A DNA stretch of 64,000 nt from an uncultured Ignavibacteria bacterium (lineage in GTDB: Bacteria > Bacteroidota > Ignavibacteria > Ignavibacteriales > Ignavibacteriaceae), in contig CAWBXQ010000009.1 of assembly GCA_963792755.1 (NCBI GenBank), positions 487,241 through 551,240 of the forward strand, read 5' to 3'. This document shows positions 1 to 10,259 of the stretch, one piece after another. Each line of letters begins with the position of its first letter. The first letter of the stretch is position 1. The notes beneath the pieces are model-generated. The model was not told where the DNA came from. It saw only the letters and a list, made by a program, of their open reading frames with translations, and searched no databases. A program made the position numbers and the translations under genes.

Positions 1-2
1 TT

Positions 3-1301
3 CCTGCCGATACTATAGCGACACAATTAATTAAGCTTGGATATTTAAAGGATATGATTACCGCCGGTGGTCCTGGAAACTGGAATCCTCAGCTTCATAC
101 TTTTGCAAGTTATCCTGAAGCAATTTACCGTGCTTATATAAGACAAATAGGAGCCGGTGCTGTAGCAGCAGGCGGCTTGATCACTTTAATAAAAACTTTC
201 CCGACAATTATATCATCATTTAAAGGAAGCTTAGCTTCGCTAAAAAATAAAAGCGGCGATGTAAAAATTATCCGTACAGAGAATGATCTTTCATTTCTTA
301 CTGTAATTGTTGGCAGTGTAGGTCTTGTTATAATTATGATTCTTTTACCGATGATTCCGGGAGATACTATCTTAAACAAATTGTTACTTGGAATTCTTGT
401 AATAGTTTTTGGATTTTTCTTTGTTACGGTATCGAGCCGCATTGTTGGTATAATCGGTTCAAGCTCAAACCCGATTTCAGGAATGACGATTGCAACATTA
501 ATGGGTACAGGTCTTGTTTTTATAGCAGTTGGCTGGACAGGAAAAATATTTGAACCAATGGCTCTTGTTGTCGGTAGTATGATTTGTATTGCTGCTGCAA
601 ATGCCGGTGCAACTTCACAGGATCTTAAAACAGGTTTTATAGTTGGTGCAACTCCAAAATATCAGCAGATGGCTTTATTTGTTGGAGCTATTGTTTCATC
701 TCTTGTAATAGGATGGACGATTCAACAGCTCGATTCTCCAACTCCCGATATGGCTGCAATGGGAATTGTTCATGCAATCGGAAGTGATAAGTTTCCCGCT
801 CCACAAGGAACATTGATGGCAACTCTTATTAAAGGTTTGTTATCATTTAATCTCGACTGGCAATTTGTTTTAGTTGGTGCTTTCCTCGCAGTTACTGTTG
901 AGTTATGCGGAGTTAATGCTCTTTCATTTGCAGTTGGAGCTTATCTTCCCCTTTCCACAACATTGCCTATATTTGTCGGCGGTGCCATAAAAGGAGTTTC
1001 AGATAAAATTGCTAAAAAGAAAGGCGAAGAAAGAGAAGACAGTGAACTTGGTACAGGCAGTCTTTTTGCAACGGGACTTGTTGCAGGAGGTGCCCTTGCG
1101 GGGGTTATAGTTGCCCTGCTCTCGGTGAATGATAATATCTTTAACTTCTTCAAATCAATAAGTACAGAAGGATTTTTAAGCGGAATTCTTAGCGAAGGCG
1201 GTTATGAAATTCTCGGAGTTATTTTCTTTGGATTAATGGGATGGATACTCTTCAAGGTATCAAGGAAACCTCAAACAAAAATTGAAGAAACTTTAAGCTG
1301 A
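3..1301 (+). CDS. OPT-family oligopeptide transporter, C-terminal part (5' end outside window)
   Basis: The frame of ORF 54..1301 stays open to the window edge. Polytopic membrane protein with an SQDLKTGFIVGATPKYQQ segment typical of bacterial OPT transporters. Confidence 0.75.
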   Translation, partial: PADTIATQLIKLGYLKDMITAGGPGNWNPQLHTFASYPEAIYRAYIRQIGAGAVAAGGLITLIKTFPTIISSFKGSLASLKNKSGDVKIIRTENDLSFLTVIVGSVGLVIIMILLPMIPGDTILNKLLLGILVIVFGFFFVTVSSRIVGIIGSSSNPISGMTIATLMGTGLVFIAVGWTGKIFEPMALVVGSMICIAAANAGATSQDLKTGFIVGATPKYQQMALFVGAIVSSLVIGWTIQQLDSPTPDMAAMGIVHAIGSDKFPAPQGTLMATLIKGLLSFNLDWQFVLVGAFLAVTVELCGVNALSFAVGAYLPLSTTLPIFVGGAIKGVSDKIAKKKGEEREDSELGTGSLFATGLVAGGALAGVIVALLSVNDNIFNFFKSISTEGFLSGILSEGGYEILGVIFFGLMGWILFKVSRKPQTKIEETLS

Positions 1302-1306
1302 TTTAT

Positions 1307-2620
1307 ATGGCAGAATTAAACAGTACTTCTCTATTGAAAAAAGAACCGCCTGCCTTTTTTAGGTGGCTGGTATTGGCGTTTCTTAGTATTGCAATGTTCG
1401 GCAACTATTATGTGTACGATTCAATTTCTCTCGTTGCCGATCAATTAAAGACTCAACTGAATTTTTCTGACTTCGACATCGGGCAAATGTATTCATATTA
1501 TAGCATTGCCGCTATCATAGTTTTGATATTTGGTGGAATCTTAGTTGATAAGTGGGGAACAAAAAAATCAGCGATAGTATTTGCAATTATTTGTGTTATT
1601 GCAGGATTCCTCACCGCTTTCGGACCAACACTATATATTATGCTTGCCGGTAGATTTCTGCTTGGAATCGGGTCCGAGCCGTTAGTAGTTGCTATTACTG
1701 TAGCAATCGCAAAGTGGTTTAAAGGTAAACAATTAAGTTTTGCATTAGGCATTAATCTTCTTCTTGCCCGCGCTGGCACATATTCTGTAGATAATTCACC
1801 TTCAATTTTTCCCGGGCTTTACGACAAAGGCTACGAGGGACCACTATTAGTTGCTGCGCTTATAGGTATCCTTTCGCTGGTAGGTATACTTGTTTATGCA
1901 ATACTCGAACACAGGGGAGAAAAGTTATTTGTTCTTGGTGAAGGCAGTAAGAGTGATAAACTTAAACTGAAAGGCTTTTTCAAGTTTAGCAAATCTTTTT
2001 GGTACATAACTTTATTATGTGTTACTTTTTATTCGGGTATCTTCCCTTTCAGAGCTTTTGCCATAAAGTTCTTTATGGAAAGTCATCATATATCCAGGCA
2101 AATGGCCGGTAGCCTTATCTCATGGTTACCTCTGGCTGCCATGATAGCAACCCCACTTATTGGGCTTCTGGTAGATTATATTGGAAAGAGGGCACTGCTA
2201 ATGACATTCGGATCAATTTTATTAGTACCGGTCTATTTACTAATGGGTTATACAAATATTTCTCTTTATGTCCCTGTTATTATGATGGGAGTAGCATTTT
2301 CGTTGATACCTGCTGTAATGTGGCCATCGGTTGCTTACATTGTTGAAGAAAAAAGACTCGGTTCAGCATATGCTTTAATGACCTTAATTCAGCAGATTGG
2401 TATGGCTCTTTTGCCGATTGTTATCGGTGCTGCAAATGATTATGCAGGTGCAAGTGCGGCAAACCCGGGAGGATATCATCTTGGAATGTGGATATTTTCA
2501 TCGCTTGGATTATTAGGGTTATTATTTTCTTTCCTTTTAAGAAAATCAGAAGCAGGTCCTCATGGACATGGACTTGAAAAAGGGATGAAATTCGGAGCAC
2601 AAAAGGCAAGTGGGAATTAG
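1307..2620 (+). CDS. MFS transporter
   Basis: 437 aa with about 12 hydrophobic helices in two 6-helix halves separated by a charged loop (EHRGEKLFVLGEGSKSDK). Starts 5 nt after the upstream gene. Confidence 0.8.
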   Translation: MAELNSTSLLKKEPPAFFRWLVLAFLSIAMFGNYYVYDSISLVADQLKTQLNFSDFDIGQMYSYYSIAAIIVLIFGGILVDKWGTKKSAIVFAIICVIAGFLTAFGPTLYIMLAGRFLLGIGSEPLVVAITVAIAKWFKGKQLSFALGINLLLARAGTYSVDNSPSIFPGLYDKGYEGPLLVAALIGILSLVGILVYAILEHRGEKLFVLGEGSKSDKLKLKGFFKFSKSFWYITLLCVTFYSGIFPFRAFAIKFFMESHHISRQMAGSLISWLPLAAMIATPLIGLLVDYIGKRALLMTFGSILLVPVYLLMGYTNISLYVPVIMMGVAFSLIPAVMWPSVAYIVEEKRLGSAYALMTLIQQIGMALLPIVIGAANDYAGASAANPGGYHLGMWIFSSLGLLGLLFSFLLRKSEAGPHGHGLEKGMKFGAQKASGN

Positions 2621-2697
2621 AAAATATTTATGACTTAGTATTCAGTACCTTTTAATAGATAATGTTTGTATGTTGGACAAGATAGTGCCGAGGTGTT

Positions 2698-3474
2698 ATG
2701 CTTTTTTGTCATGTCTTTGTGCGAAAGATATCTTCAGTTCTTCTTTTCTTCCTCATTGCTGCATCTGCTGTTAATGCTCAATCTTTCGGTTTCGGTTGTC
2801 TCGGTTTTGTAGGTGGTTATGGCGGATACAGTTACCAGGAGTACAAACCGAACGGCTTAAACAATTACGTAGATGTTTTTAACCAGGTAAGGAGCGATTC
2901 ATTGATTTCTCCAATGGAAAAATTTGGAAAGGCATCAGGTTATAGAGTAGGATTAAATTTTTTCCGTGCTAAAATGGATAACTTTGTTCTTACAACTAAG
3001 GGATATTACCAATTGATTTCAGAAAATCACGAAGCGTTGGAAAAATATGGAATGGGAACGCGTTCAACTTCTTTAAAGCTTGAAATAATGAACTGGGGAG
3101 TTGGAATCGATCTCGGTATTTCCATTACTAAAGCGATAAGCTGGAAGGTTGTTGATGGAGCTTTAAATTTTAACAACATAACGTTGACAAGGACTGAAAA
3201 TAAGACCGGAGCGCAAACAATAATAAAAAAATATAAAACCAAATCCACAAACCTTGGTTACTCAATTGGTACCGGTTTTATTCTCGATGTTATTGATGAA
3301 TATGTAAGTATAGAAGGGGTAGCGGCTTATTCACAGCTTTCAATTGATAATCTTCAAATGGATGATGGAACATTGCTTACCGAAAATGAATCAACCACAA
3401 CTCCAATGACCAATTTTATTAATGCCGGGGGCTTCAATGCGGTTGTACAACTTAATGTTGGGTTTCCTTTATAA
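2698..3474 (+). CDS. hypothetical secreted protein, probable outer-membrane beta-barrel
   Basis: N-terminal signal peptide (LLFFLIAASAVNAQ), alternating beta-strand pattern, aromatic C-terminus (NVGFPL). Confidence 0.45.
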   Translation: MLFCHVFVRKISSVLLFFLIAASAVNAQSFGFGCLGFVGGYGGYSYQEYKPNGLNNYVDVFNQVRSDSLISPMEKFGKASGYRVGLNFFRAKMDNFVLTTKGYYQLISENHEALEKYGMGTRSTSLKLEIMNWGVGIDLGISITKAISWKVVDGALNFNNITLTRTENKTGAQTIIKKYKTKSTNLGYSIGTGFILDVIDEYVSIEGVAAYSQLSIDNLQMDDGTLLTENESTTTPMTNFINAGGFNAVVQLNVGFPL

Positions 3475-3583
3475 ATATAATAAATTGTCACTCTGAGCAA
3501 AGCGAAGAGTCTAAATCCTCCTTTATTCTTCACACACATTTCTTTATTTTTCCAATAGATTTAATAATTATATAGGAATATTG

Positions 3584-4148
3584 ATGTCATTACTGCCTAT
3601 AACGCTTTATGGCGACAAGATACTCAGGAAGAAAACAAACAAAGTCGTTAAAATTGATAACGAAACTATTGAGCTGGTGCGCGATATGTTTACGACGATG
3701 CGTAATGCAAATGGAATTGGTCTGGCTGCCAACCAGGTCGGTGCGGATAAAGCAATTTTTGTTGTTGATATTTCAGGCGTTGAAGATTATGAAGAGTACC
3801 AAACCAATGACGATTATCAATCCGAGAATCGTTGAGAGATCAGAAGAGAAAATTAAAATGGAAGAAGGCTGCTTAAGCATTCCGGATGTAAGATCTGAAA
3901 TTGAAAGACCCAAAGAAATTATAATTACTTACCAGGATGTTGATCTTAATGAACATACTGTAAAAGTCGGTGATGTTATGGCGAGAGTTATGCAGCATGA
4001 ATATGACCATCTGCAGGGGATACTTTTTACTGATTATTTAACCGCCGAAGAAAAGAAGAAATTAAAAAACCAGCTGGATGAAATAAAGAATAGAAAAAAA
4101 GAAATTGATTACCCGGTTTCCGATGATGTTAGTTACCAACTGATGTAA
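3584..4148 (+). pseudogene. def: peptide deformylase, interrupted by a single frameshift near 3805-3815
   Basis: The N-terminal part (GIGLAANQVG) is in the frame of ORF 3581..3835. The C-terminal part (EGCLSIP, QHEYDHLQG metal-binding motifs) is in the frame of ORF 3609..4148. The two join at ...EDYEEY / KPMTIINPRIV. Confidence 0.85.
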
Positions 4149-4149
4149 A

Positions 4150-5053
4150 ATGAATATTATTTTTATGGGCAGTGCCGATTTTTCAATTCCTTCCTTAGAA
4201 ACTCTATATAAAAGCAAACATAAAATAATTGCTCTTGTTACTGTTCCCGATAAAGAAAAGGGGAGAGGACAAAAAATTTCATCTTCGCCTGTAAAAGAAT
4301 TTGGAATTAAAAATAATATTCCGGTTCTCCAACCTGAAAAATTAAAAGATGAAAATTTTATTAAACAGTTAAAAAATTTTAAGGCTGACCTTTTTGTTAT
4401 TGTGGCTTTCAGAATTTTACCGAAAGAAGTTTTTACGATTCCGCCTAAAGGTTCATTTAATCTTCATGCATCACTTCTTCCAAAATACAGAGGCGCTGCT
4501 CCGATTCAATGGGCTTTAATTAAAGGAGAAAAGAAAACAGGTGTAACAACATTTGCACTTGAAGAAAAAGTAGACACGGGAAATATTTATTTACAAAAAG
4601 AAGTTGAAATTGTTGATGAAGATAATTTTGAAACTCTTCATGATAAATTAAGTGAACTTGGTGCTGAAGCTGTTCTTGAAACTGTTGATATGATTGAATC
4701 AGGAAATTATCAATTAAAAGGACAGGATAATTCTCTCGCAACACCTGCACCTAAAATCACTCCCGAAACAGGAAAGATAGATTGGACAAAATCTGCAGAA
4801 GAAATTCATAATCTTGTTCGGGGATTATCTCCGGTTCCTTGTGCATATTTTTTTCATAATAATAAAAAGATAAAAGTTTATAGAACAAAAGTTCTTGAAA
4901 AAGAAAATCCACACTCCGGGAAAAATTAATCAGTCAAAGAAAAATCTTTTTGTTGAATGTGGAAAAGATGAATTGGAAATTCTTGAACTTCAGCTTGAGG
5001 GAAGGAAAAGAATGAGTGCCGAAGAATTTTTAAGAGGATATAGTTTTGATTAA
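4150..5053 (+). pseudogene. fmt: methionyl-tRNA formyltransferase, frameshift at about 4918-4927 (CCGGGAAAAA run)
   Basis: ORF 4150..4929 carries the formyltransferase core (SLLPKYRGAAPIQWALI). The conserved C-terminus (LFVECGKDELEILELQLEGRKRMSAEEFLRGYSFD) continues in another frame to the TAA at 5051-5053. Confidence 0.85.
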
Positions 5054-5066
5054 AGTCCCTCTGAGT

Positions 5067-5438
5067 TTATTGAGATTTTAAAAACTCAATTGCTTTTTGT
5101 TTGTTTCTGAAGAGAGTAAAATTCAGACCGCTGTTTCTGGCAGCTGTTTCAACAAAATCATGGGAGTGGTCATCAGGTGAAACAACTGAAACCGTAATAG
5201 CTGTTGTGTCAATTCCTTCTGTGTGTCTCATATCATGGTAGGCAAACTGGTAATTGTTAAAAACGGAATCAACATTTTTGGAATTTGTGCAATCGACTAA
5301 ATATTTTTTAATCCCCTTTTCCTTCCCAAATTTATGCGCATCGATGTTGCTTTTTATAGCACTCTCCCTCGTAATCTCCCCTGTCACCTCAAGAATAATG
5401 TAAGAAGAATCATCTGACAAGGAGATCCGTGAAAGCAT
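5067..5438 (-). CDS. hypothetical protein (possibly STAS/SpoIIAA-like fold)
   Basis: Intact 123-aa ORF with no recognisable catalytic motif. The fold guess rests only on size and pattern. Confidence 0.35.
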   Translation of the reverse strand: MLSRISLSDDSSYIILEVTGEITRESAIKSNIDAHKFGKEKGIKKYLVDCTNSKNVDSVFNNYQFAYHDMRHTEGIDTTAITVSVVSPDDHSHDFVETAARNSGLNFTLFRNKQKAIEFLKSQ

Positions 5439-5616
5439 AAAATCCTCCTTTTCCGTTATTTTATTCTCTAATACTTATGTTTTATTCATGCAGGCAGACG
5501 TAGATATCAATCGTTATTTTTAAAAAGTTGTTTTTTATTTACCTGTAAATAATATAGAAATAAAAAGTATAATTCCAAATTATTTAAACTTCAATCTTTT
5601 ACTATGCTAATGGATT

Positions 5617-6327
5617 TTAATATCCCGCAATCCTTAAAAAATTATGAAGTAGCTGTTTCCCCGTTTTTGTGTATTCACTTTTTATTTCATTAAAGATGGA
5701 CCGCAAATATTCTGTATCGAGTTTAAGAAGATCGGGATCTGTATTAATCCAATCTTCAAACATTTCGGGAGTAAGTTCGAAGTGACTTTGAATACCATAA
5801 GCATTTGAACCGATCTTTACAACCTGGTTGAGACAGAATTTCCCGGTAGCCAGGAGAACCATATCATTTGTAAGTTCGACGGTTTCCCCATGTAAATGGA
5901 AAACCTTGAGAGGGGAGTTAAGTCCTTCAAACAACGGATCCTGTTTTCCTTTGTCCGTTAACTCTATAGTAAAATTATTCCCATCTGGACCTATAAACCC
6001 AATTTCCTTTACCCGGCTCTTTGTAACTTTTCCACCGGCAGCTTTAACCAATGTTTGAAGACCAAGGCAAATTCCTAAGTAAGGAGTGTTTGAACTAATA
6101 ACTTTTTGAATATAAGATAATTCATTTGCTATTTTTTCTGTGGAATCATTTGCGCTGTCGGGACCACCGAGTATAACAACTGCTCCAAAGTTTTCAACAG
6201 CCGGGATTTTCTCACTTTTATCAAGCTCAGTTATGAAGTACCCTGTATTTTTTTCTTTTAGCACTTCTTCGAGTATTCCCGGTCCTTCGTTAATATTGTT
6301 TTTTACAATTAGTATTTCTTTTTTCAT
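5617..6327 (-). CDS. class I (type 1) glutamine amidotransferase-like protein
   Basis: Nucleophile elbow GICLGLQ and downstream HFE, with a typical GATase1 layout. Confidence 0.75.
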   Translation of the reverse strand: MKKEILIVKNNINEGPGILEEVLKEKNTGYFITELDKSEKIPAVENFGAVVILGGPDSANDSTEKIANELSYIQKVISSNTPYLGICLGLQTLVKAAGGKVTKSRVKEIGFIGPDGNNFTIELTDKGKQDPLFEGLNSPLKVFHLHGETVELTNDMVLLATGKFCLNQVVKIGSNAYGIQSHFELTPEMFEDWINTDPDLLKLDTEYLRSIFNEIKSEYTKTGKQLLHNFLRIAGY

Positions 6328-6367
6328 CGGATTCTTTAATCAAATTAAATTTGATTTAAAAAATACA

Positions 6368-7675
6368 TTACTTTGAATTAATATATTCTTTTGCTGCTTC
6401 GGCAATATTCTGCATGATGTTTATAAATTTATTCTTATCAGGTTCGAGCAGAGTAATTCTGAATCCGAACAGATCCGAATTGAATCCTGTTGAAAGGGGA
6501 ACGACGCAAATTCCTTTTGAAGCAAGCAAGTAGTATGCAAAGCGTTTGTCATGTTTTGCAGAATCAACTAAAGGTTTAATAATTTCTTCTGCTTTGCTGT
6601 TAGCCGGTTTCAGGAATTGCCCTTTATGTAATGTTCCTTTATCGAAAAGGACAGTCATATAAAAAGCGCCGTATGCCTTGTGGATGATAAGTCCCGGAAT
6701 TTTTGAAAAGATTGAGTGAGCAAGCTGAGATTTTCCCCAGTAGTTAGAGTTCCTTTTATCAAGATATGGATAGTATCGCGGGTCGCCCATTATTTTTGGC
6801 AATACTTTCTGCGGCAAAGTTGTCGAACAAACCTCAAGCATTTTTGCGTCGATAATTGTTTTTGCATAACGCGCAAAGTTTGGATGTTTATCACGATTAT
6901 AAAATTCGACCCAGCCACAGCGGGCACCGGGCCAGGGAAATTCCTTCGAGATACCACGCAAAGCTATACCGGGAATATCACCAATTACTGATGCAAGTTT
7001 TTTGTGAACAACTCCACCATAAAAAAGATTTGAATAAATTTCATCTGAGATCATGAATAAATCAAATTCTTTGGCGATCTCTACAAACTCTTTTATAATT
7101 TCCTGTGAGTAAACCATGCCTGTTGGGTTATCAGGATTAACAAGTAATATTCCCGATATCTCAGGATGTTTTATTATTTGAGACCGAAGATGATCCATAT
7201 CCGGGTACCAATTATTTTTAGGATCAAGACGATAAGTTATATGATGTTTTCCGGAATGTCCTGCTTCGGCAGATGAATGAGTTGAGTAAGCCGGGTTTGG
7301 ACCTATTACCCGTGCACTTTTATTCAGATAATTATAAATTTTTGAAACCGCATCTCCGAGCCCGTTAAAGAAAAGAATATCATCAGCAGTTATTTGTGCG
7401 CCGCCTTCGATGTTGCGTTCATAAGCAATATACTCGCGCGTTGGGAGTAATCCTTTTGTTGGAGAATATGCAAAACAGGAATTATCAGTTTTAATTGTGT
7501 TAATGATTATTTCTTTCATCCATTCGGGAACAACCTCTCCTTTGGCAACAGGATCGCCGATATTTTCCCAGGTAATAGGAATTCCTGTCTTCTCAATTTT
7601 ATTCCCTACTTCAACAATTTCCCGAATTTCATAAGTAAGCTCATCCGCTCCGGGATGTATGATATTATTTCTCAT
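6368..7675 (-). CDS. PLP-dependent aminotransferase, class I/II (alanine/aspartate aminotransferase-like)
   Basis: 435 aa. SKEFPWPGARCGW segment containing the PLP-lysine context S-x-S-K...G-x-R-x-G-W, plus an NPDNPTG motif. Confidence 0.8.
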   Translation of the reverse strand: MRNNIIHPGADELTYEIREIVEVGNKIEKTGIPITWENIGDPVAKGEVVPEWMKEIIINTIKTDNSCFAYSPTKGLLPTREYIAYERNIEGGAQITADDILFFNGLGDAVSKIYNYLNKSARVIGPNPAYSTHSSAEAGHSGKHHITYRLDPKNNWYPDMDHLRSQIIKHPEISGILLVNPDNPTGMVYSQEIIKEFVEIAKEFDLFMISDEIYSNLFYGGVVHKKLASVIGDIPGIALRGISKEFPWPGARCGWVEFYNRDKHPNFARYAKTIIDAKMLEVCSTTLPQKVLPKIMGDPRYYPYLDKRNSNYWGKSQLAHSIFSKIPGLIIHKAYGAFYMTVLFDKGTLHKGQFLKPANSKAEEIIKPLVDSAKHDKRFAYYLLASKGICVVPLSTGFNSDLFGFRITLLEPDKNKFINIMQNIAEAAKEYINSK

Positions 7676-7804
7676 TAATAATTTTTCTTTTTAATGAATT
7701 TTTATGAGATGATGCAATAATTTTTTTTGTGCTGATGCAAAATGGAAAATTAAAAGTTGAATTTCAATCAGTGAAGAATTAATTATAAAAAGGTGAGGGT
7801 AGAA

Positions 7805-7905
7805 AAACCGTTTAAACGGTTTCTAATTTAGTTCTTTATATTAACTGCGGGATTAATCCCGCAGTTAACCTGAAAAAAAAAGTATAATTAACTGTTTTAA
7901 CAGTT
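7805..7905 (+). repeat. three-hairpin modular repeat element, copy 1
   Basis: AAACCGTTTAAACGGTTT at about 7805-7822, TTAACTGCGGGATTAATCCCGCAGTTAA at about 7841-7868, AACTGTTTTAACAGTT at about 7890-7905. Same architecture and spacing as the copies at 23430 and 33773. Confidence 0.8.
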
Positions 7906-7926
7906 TTAGCTCTTTGAAAAACCAGC

Positions 7927-8298
7927 TTAATCTCCGGTCGGTATAATATCTTTATTCTCTACCATAAGTATAACGGTTTTTTGAGGCGCTCTTGTTCTGT
8001 GCATTACATTTTTTGTAACGGTTACACCCTGACCCGGATTTAATTCTATTGTTCGGTCTTCGAGATCAACTAAAAGTTTTCCTTCGAGAACAAAAAAGAA
8101 TTCATCATCTTTTTCGTGTTTGTGCCAATGGTACTCACCTTCGATAATTCCAACTCTTACAACACTGCCGTTAACTTCTGTAAGAGTTTGATTGAACCAT
8201 TTGTCTTTTACTTCCTTCACCATTTGAGGAATATCAATTACCTCAAAATGTTTGAACTTGATATCGAGTTTTGTGTTGTATGGATATTGGGGTGACAT
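7927..8298 (-). CDS. cupin domain protein
   Basis: 123 aa with a cupin-like H-W-H-K-H-E motif region (EYHWHKHEKDDEFFFVLEG) and a second motif (GQGVTVTKNVMHR). Confidence 0.7.
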   Translation of the reverse strand: MSPQYPYNTKLDIKFKHFEVIDIPQMVKEVKDKWFNQTLTEVNGSVVRVGIIEGEYHWHKHEKDDEFFFVLEGKLLVDLEDRTIELNPGQGVTVTKNVMHRTRAPQKTVILMVENKDIIPTGD

Positions 8299-8308
8299 AT
8301 TTTTATTA

Positions 8309-10114
8309 TTAGTTGTTCTTAATCCAAAGTTTTGAGTGTTTTTTAAGTTTTATGTCAAGCTTAATACCGACCTCACCTTTATTTACTTTTTGAACAGAGT
8401 TATCATTTATCATTAGGCTTTTTATTTCTGCTAAATAAAATCGATCATTTTTTTCAATATAAAGAATATCACCAATTTTAATTTCAATGTTTTCAATATT
8501 TACTATACAAACGTAATTATTATGAAAAAATTCCTTAGGTTCATCGATAAATCTTAAGTTGTGTGGCCTGAAATTGACTAATCCAAATTGAGTTAAATTA
8601 TTTCTAGCTTCTTCTTTAGAAAAAACTTTATTTTGAATTTCAAAATATAAGTTAAACAGTTGCCATGTTGTTAAAAGCCCTCTTTTGTCATTTCGGGCAT
8701 CCCTTATTTGGTTTGATGTAAAAGGAGGATTAACTCTTTTTAATGGAGGTAAATGTCGCTGATGGTTTACAAGGTATAAAGCAAATACATCAAACTTTTT
8801 TCTTTCCTCACACCTTCTATATTTTATCTTAGAAATTTGACTACAATCCGGATCTGTTGAAGTACTGCCTATTCCTTTAACTTCTATTATTAGTAATCCG
8901 TTGTCTAAATCGATTTGTAAATCTTCTTCTTTGAGATTTGATTTAGGATCTTTCTGTATTTCATCCATTATTTTCACATTTTGAAAACCTAACCATTTAA
9001 AATATTTTTGAGCGGCTATAACCAGTTCATCACCTGTCCTTGTTATAAGGTCGTGCAAAAAAGAATACTTCTCATAATTACTGGATATATCTTTTTCTTT
9101 ACTTTCAATTTTCTTTTTATATCCTATTTCTAAATTTTCTTTATCCTTAAGTAAATTTGAATGATTTGGTAACCAGTATTCTACTTGTTCTTTCCACTTA
9201 AACTGTGTTGAAAAGGGGAATAATTCTGGAAAAAGTTCGGGAGCTATTTTTTGAAGAAATTCGCCAAGGAAATCCTTTTTATTATTAATTTGAGGTAGAA
9301 TTAGTGTGCCTTTATTAATTAAGTGATGATAGAATGAGATAACTTCATTATTATTATTTTTTAATAAAGGAATACATTTAGGATCATTTACATATGAGCC
9401 GTCTTTCCATATTGTCGGTTGATGAAAAGTCTGATTATAAATTAAATCATCTTTATATTTTATTAATAGATTTCTAAAATCGTCTTGTATATCCTGGATA
9501 TAGGCTTCCTTTCCTATCTTTATTTTAGAGATGAAAACATTCTTTAAAAACGAATATATATTTATTGTCTCTGGTTCATGTTTTTTATTATAATCTTGAA
9601 ATACTTCAACTGATTGATACTCAATCTCATAGTTACTTGTCGTAAAGACAATAATTAAAAAACTCTTGTTTGAAGGCTCATTAATTTTTTCTCCTAAAAT
9701 TATACCTGAAAAAGGTCTTGGATCAAAAATATTTTCAGGGAAAATAGAGACTAAGCTTATATAACTTTTACCAGATACATTTTTTCTTTTATGATCTTCA
9801 GCTATATATTCAATTGTTTTAGAATTATCTAAATCTACAATTATAATATCATACTCATGTAAATTATCTGGTAGGTCATAATTTAATAGTATGGGATAGT
9901 TTGTATCTCTATCACGCGTTGGAATTTTTATTTTTTGACCAAGTGTACCTTTATAAATATTATAATTTAACTTTTCTAAATTTTTAGTAATCTCTTCATC
10001 TAAATCGATACAACAAATTCTGGGTCTTTCTAAGATATTATTTTGTCTATCTTCTGTTGATGAATCATCTTGATTTTCAGATTTTTCTATTTTATTTCTA
10101 TCAAAAAATCCCAT
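8309..10114 (-). CDS. large hypothetical protein with a PD-(D/E)xK-like nuclease motif and a C-terminal small beta-barrel
   Basis: Intact 601-aa ORF, visibly more AT-rich than its neighbours. Segment EEDLQIDLDNGLLIIEVKG fits the D...(D/E)-x-K pattern. The C-terminal ~70 aa (IKIGDILYIEKNDRFYLAEIKSLMINDNSVQKVNKGEVGIKL) resembles translation-factor domain-II barrels. No family assigned. Confidence 0.5.
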   Translation of the reverse strand: MGFFDRNKIEKSENQDDSSTEDRQNNILERPRICCIDLDEEITKNLEKLNYNIYKGTLGQKIKIPTRDRDTNYPILLNYDLPDNLHEYDIIIVDLDNSKTIEYIAEDHKRKNVSGKSYISLVSIFPENIFDPRPFSGIILGEKINEPSNKSFLIIVFTTSNYEIEYQSVEVFQDYNKKHEPETINIYSFLKNVFISKIKIGKEAYIQDIQDDFRNLLIKYKDDLIYNQTFHQPTIWKDGSYVNDPKCIPLLKNNNNEVISFYHHLINKGTLILPQINNKKDFLGEFLQKIAPELFPELFPFSTQFKWKEQVEYWLPNHSNLLKDKENLEIGYKKKIESKEKDISSNYEKYSFLHDLITRTGDELVIAAQKYFKWLGFQNVKIMDEIQKDPKSNLKEEDLQIDLDNGLLIIEVKGIGSTSTDPDCSQISKIKYRRCEERKKFDVFALYLVNHQRHLPPLKRVNPPFTSNQIRDARNDKRGLLTTWQLFNLYFEIQNKVFSKEEARNNLTQFGLVNFRPHNLRFIDEPKEFFHNNYVCIVNIENIEIKIGDILYIEKNDRFYLAEIKSLMINDNSVQKVNKGEVGIKLDIKLKKHSKLWIKNN

Positions 10115-10259
10115 AAAATAACCTTTGGCTAATCTAAAAATTGATATTTAAATCTATTTTTTTTTCTATAGGTAAGCATTATTCAATTCATTTCCCTCGT
10201 TTGAAACATATAAAATAAAAACACTAATCTCAATCAGAATTTTTTAGGTTGGAGAAAAT

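Noticed and set aside
3800-3835. Programmed ribosomal frameshifting in def, fmt, nuoF and the other split genes
   Set aside because: There are no slippery heptamer plus stimulatory structure patterns. The breaks occur in many unrelated genes, several at simple homopolymers. Consensus indel error is the simpler explanation.
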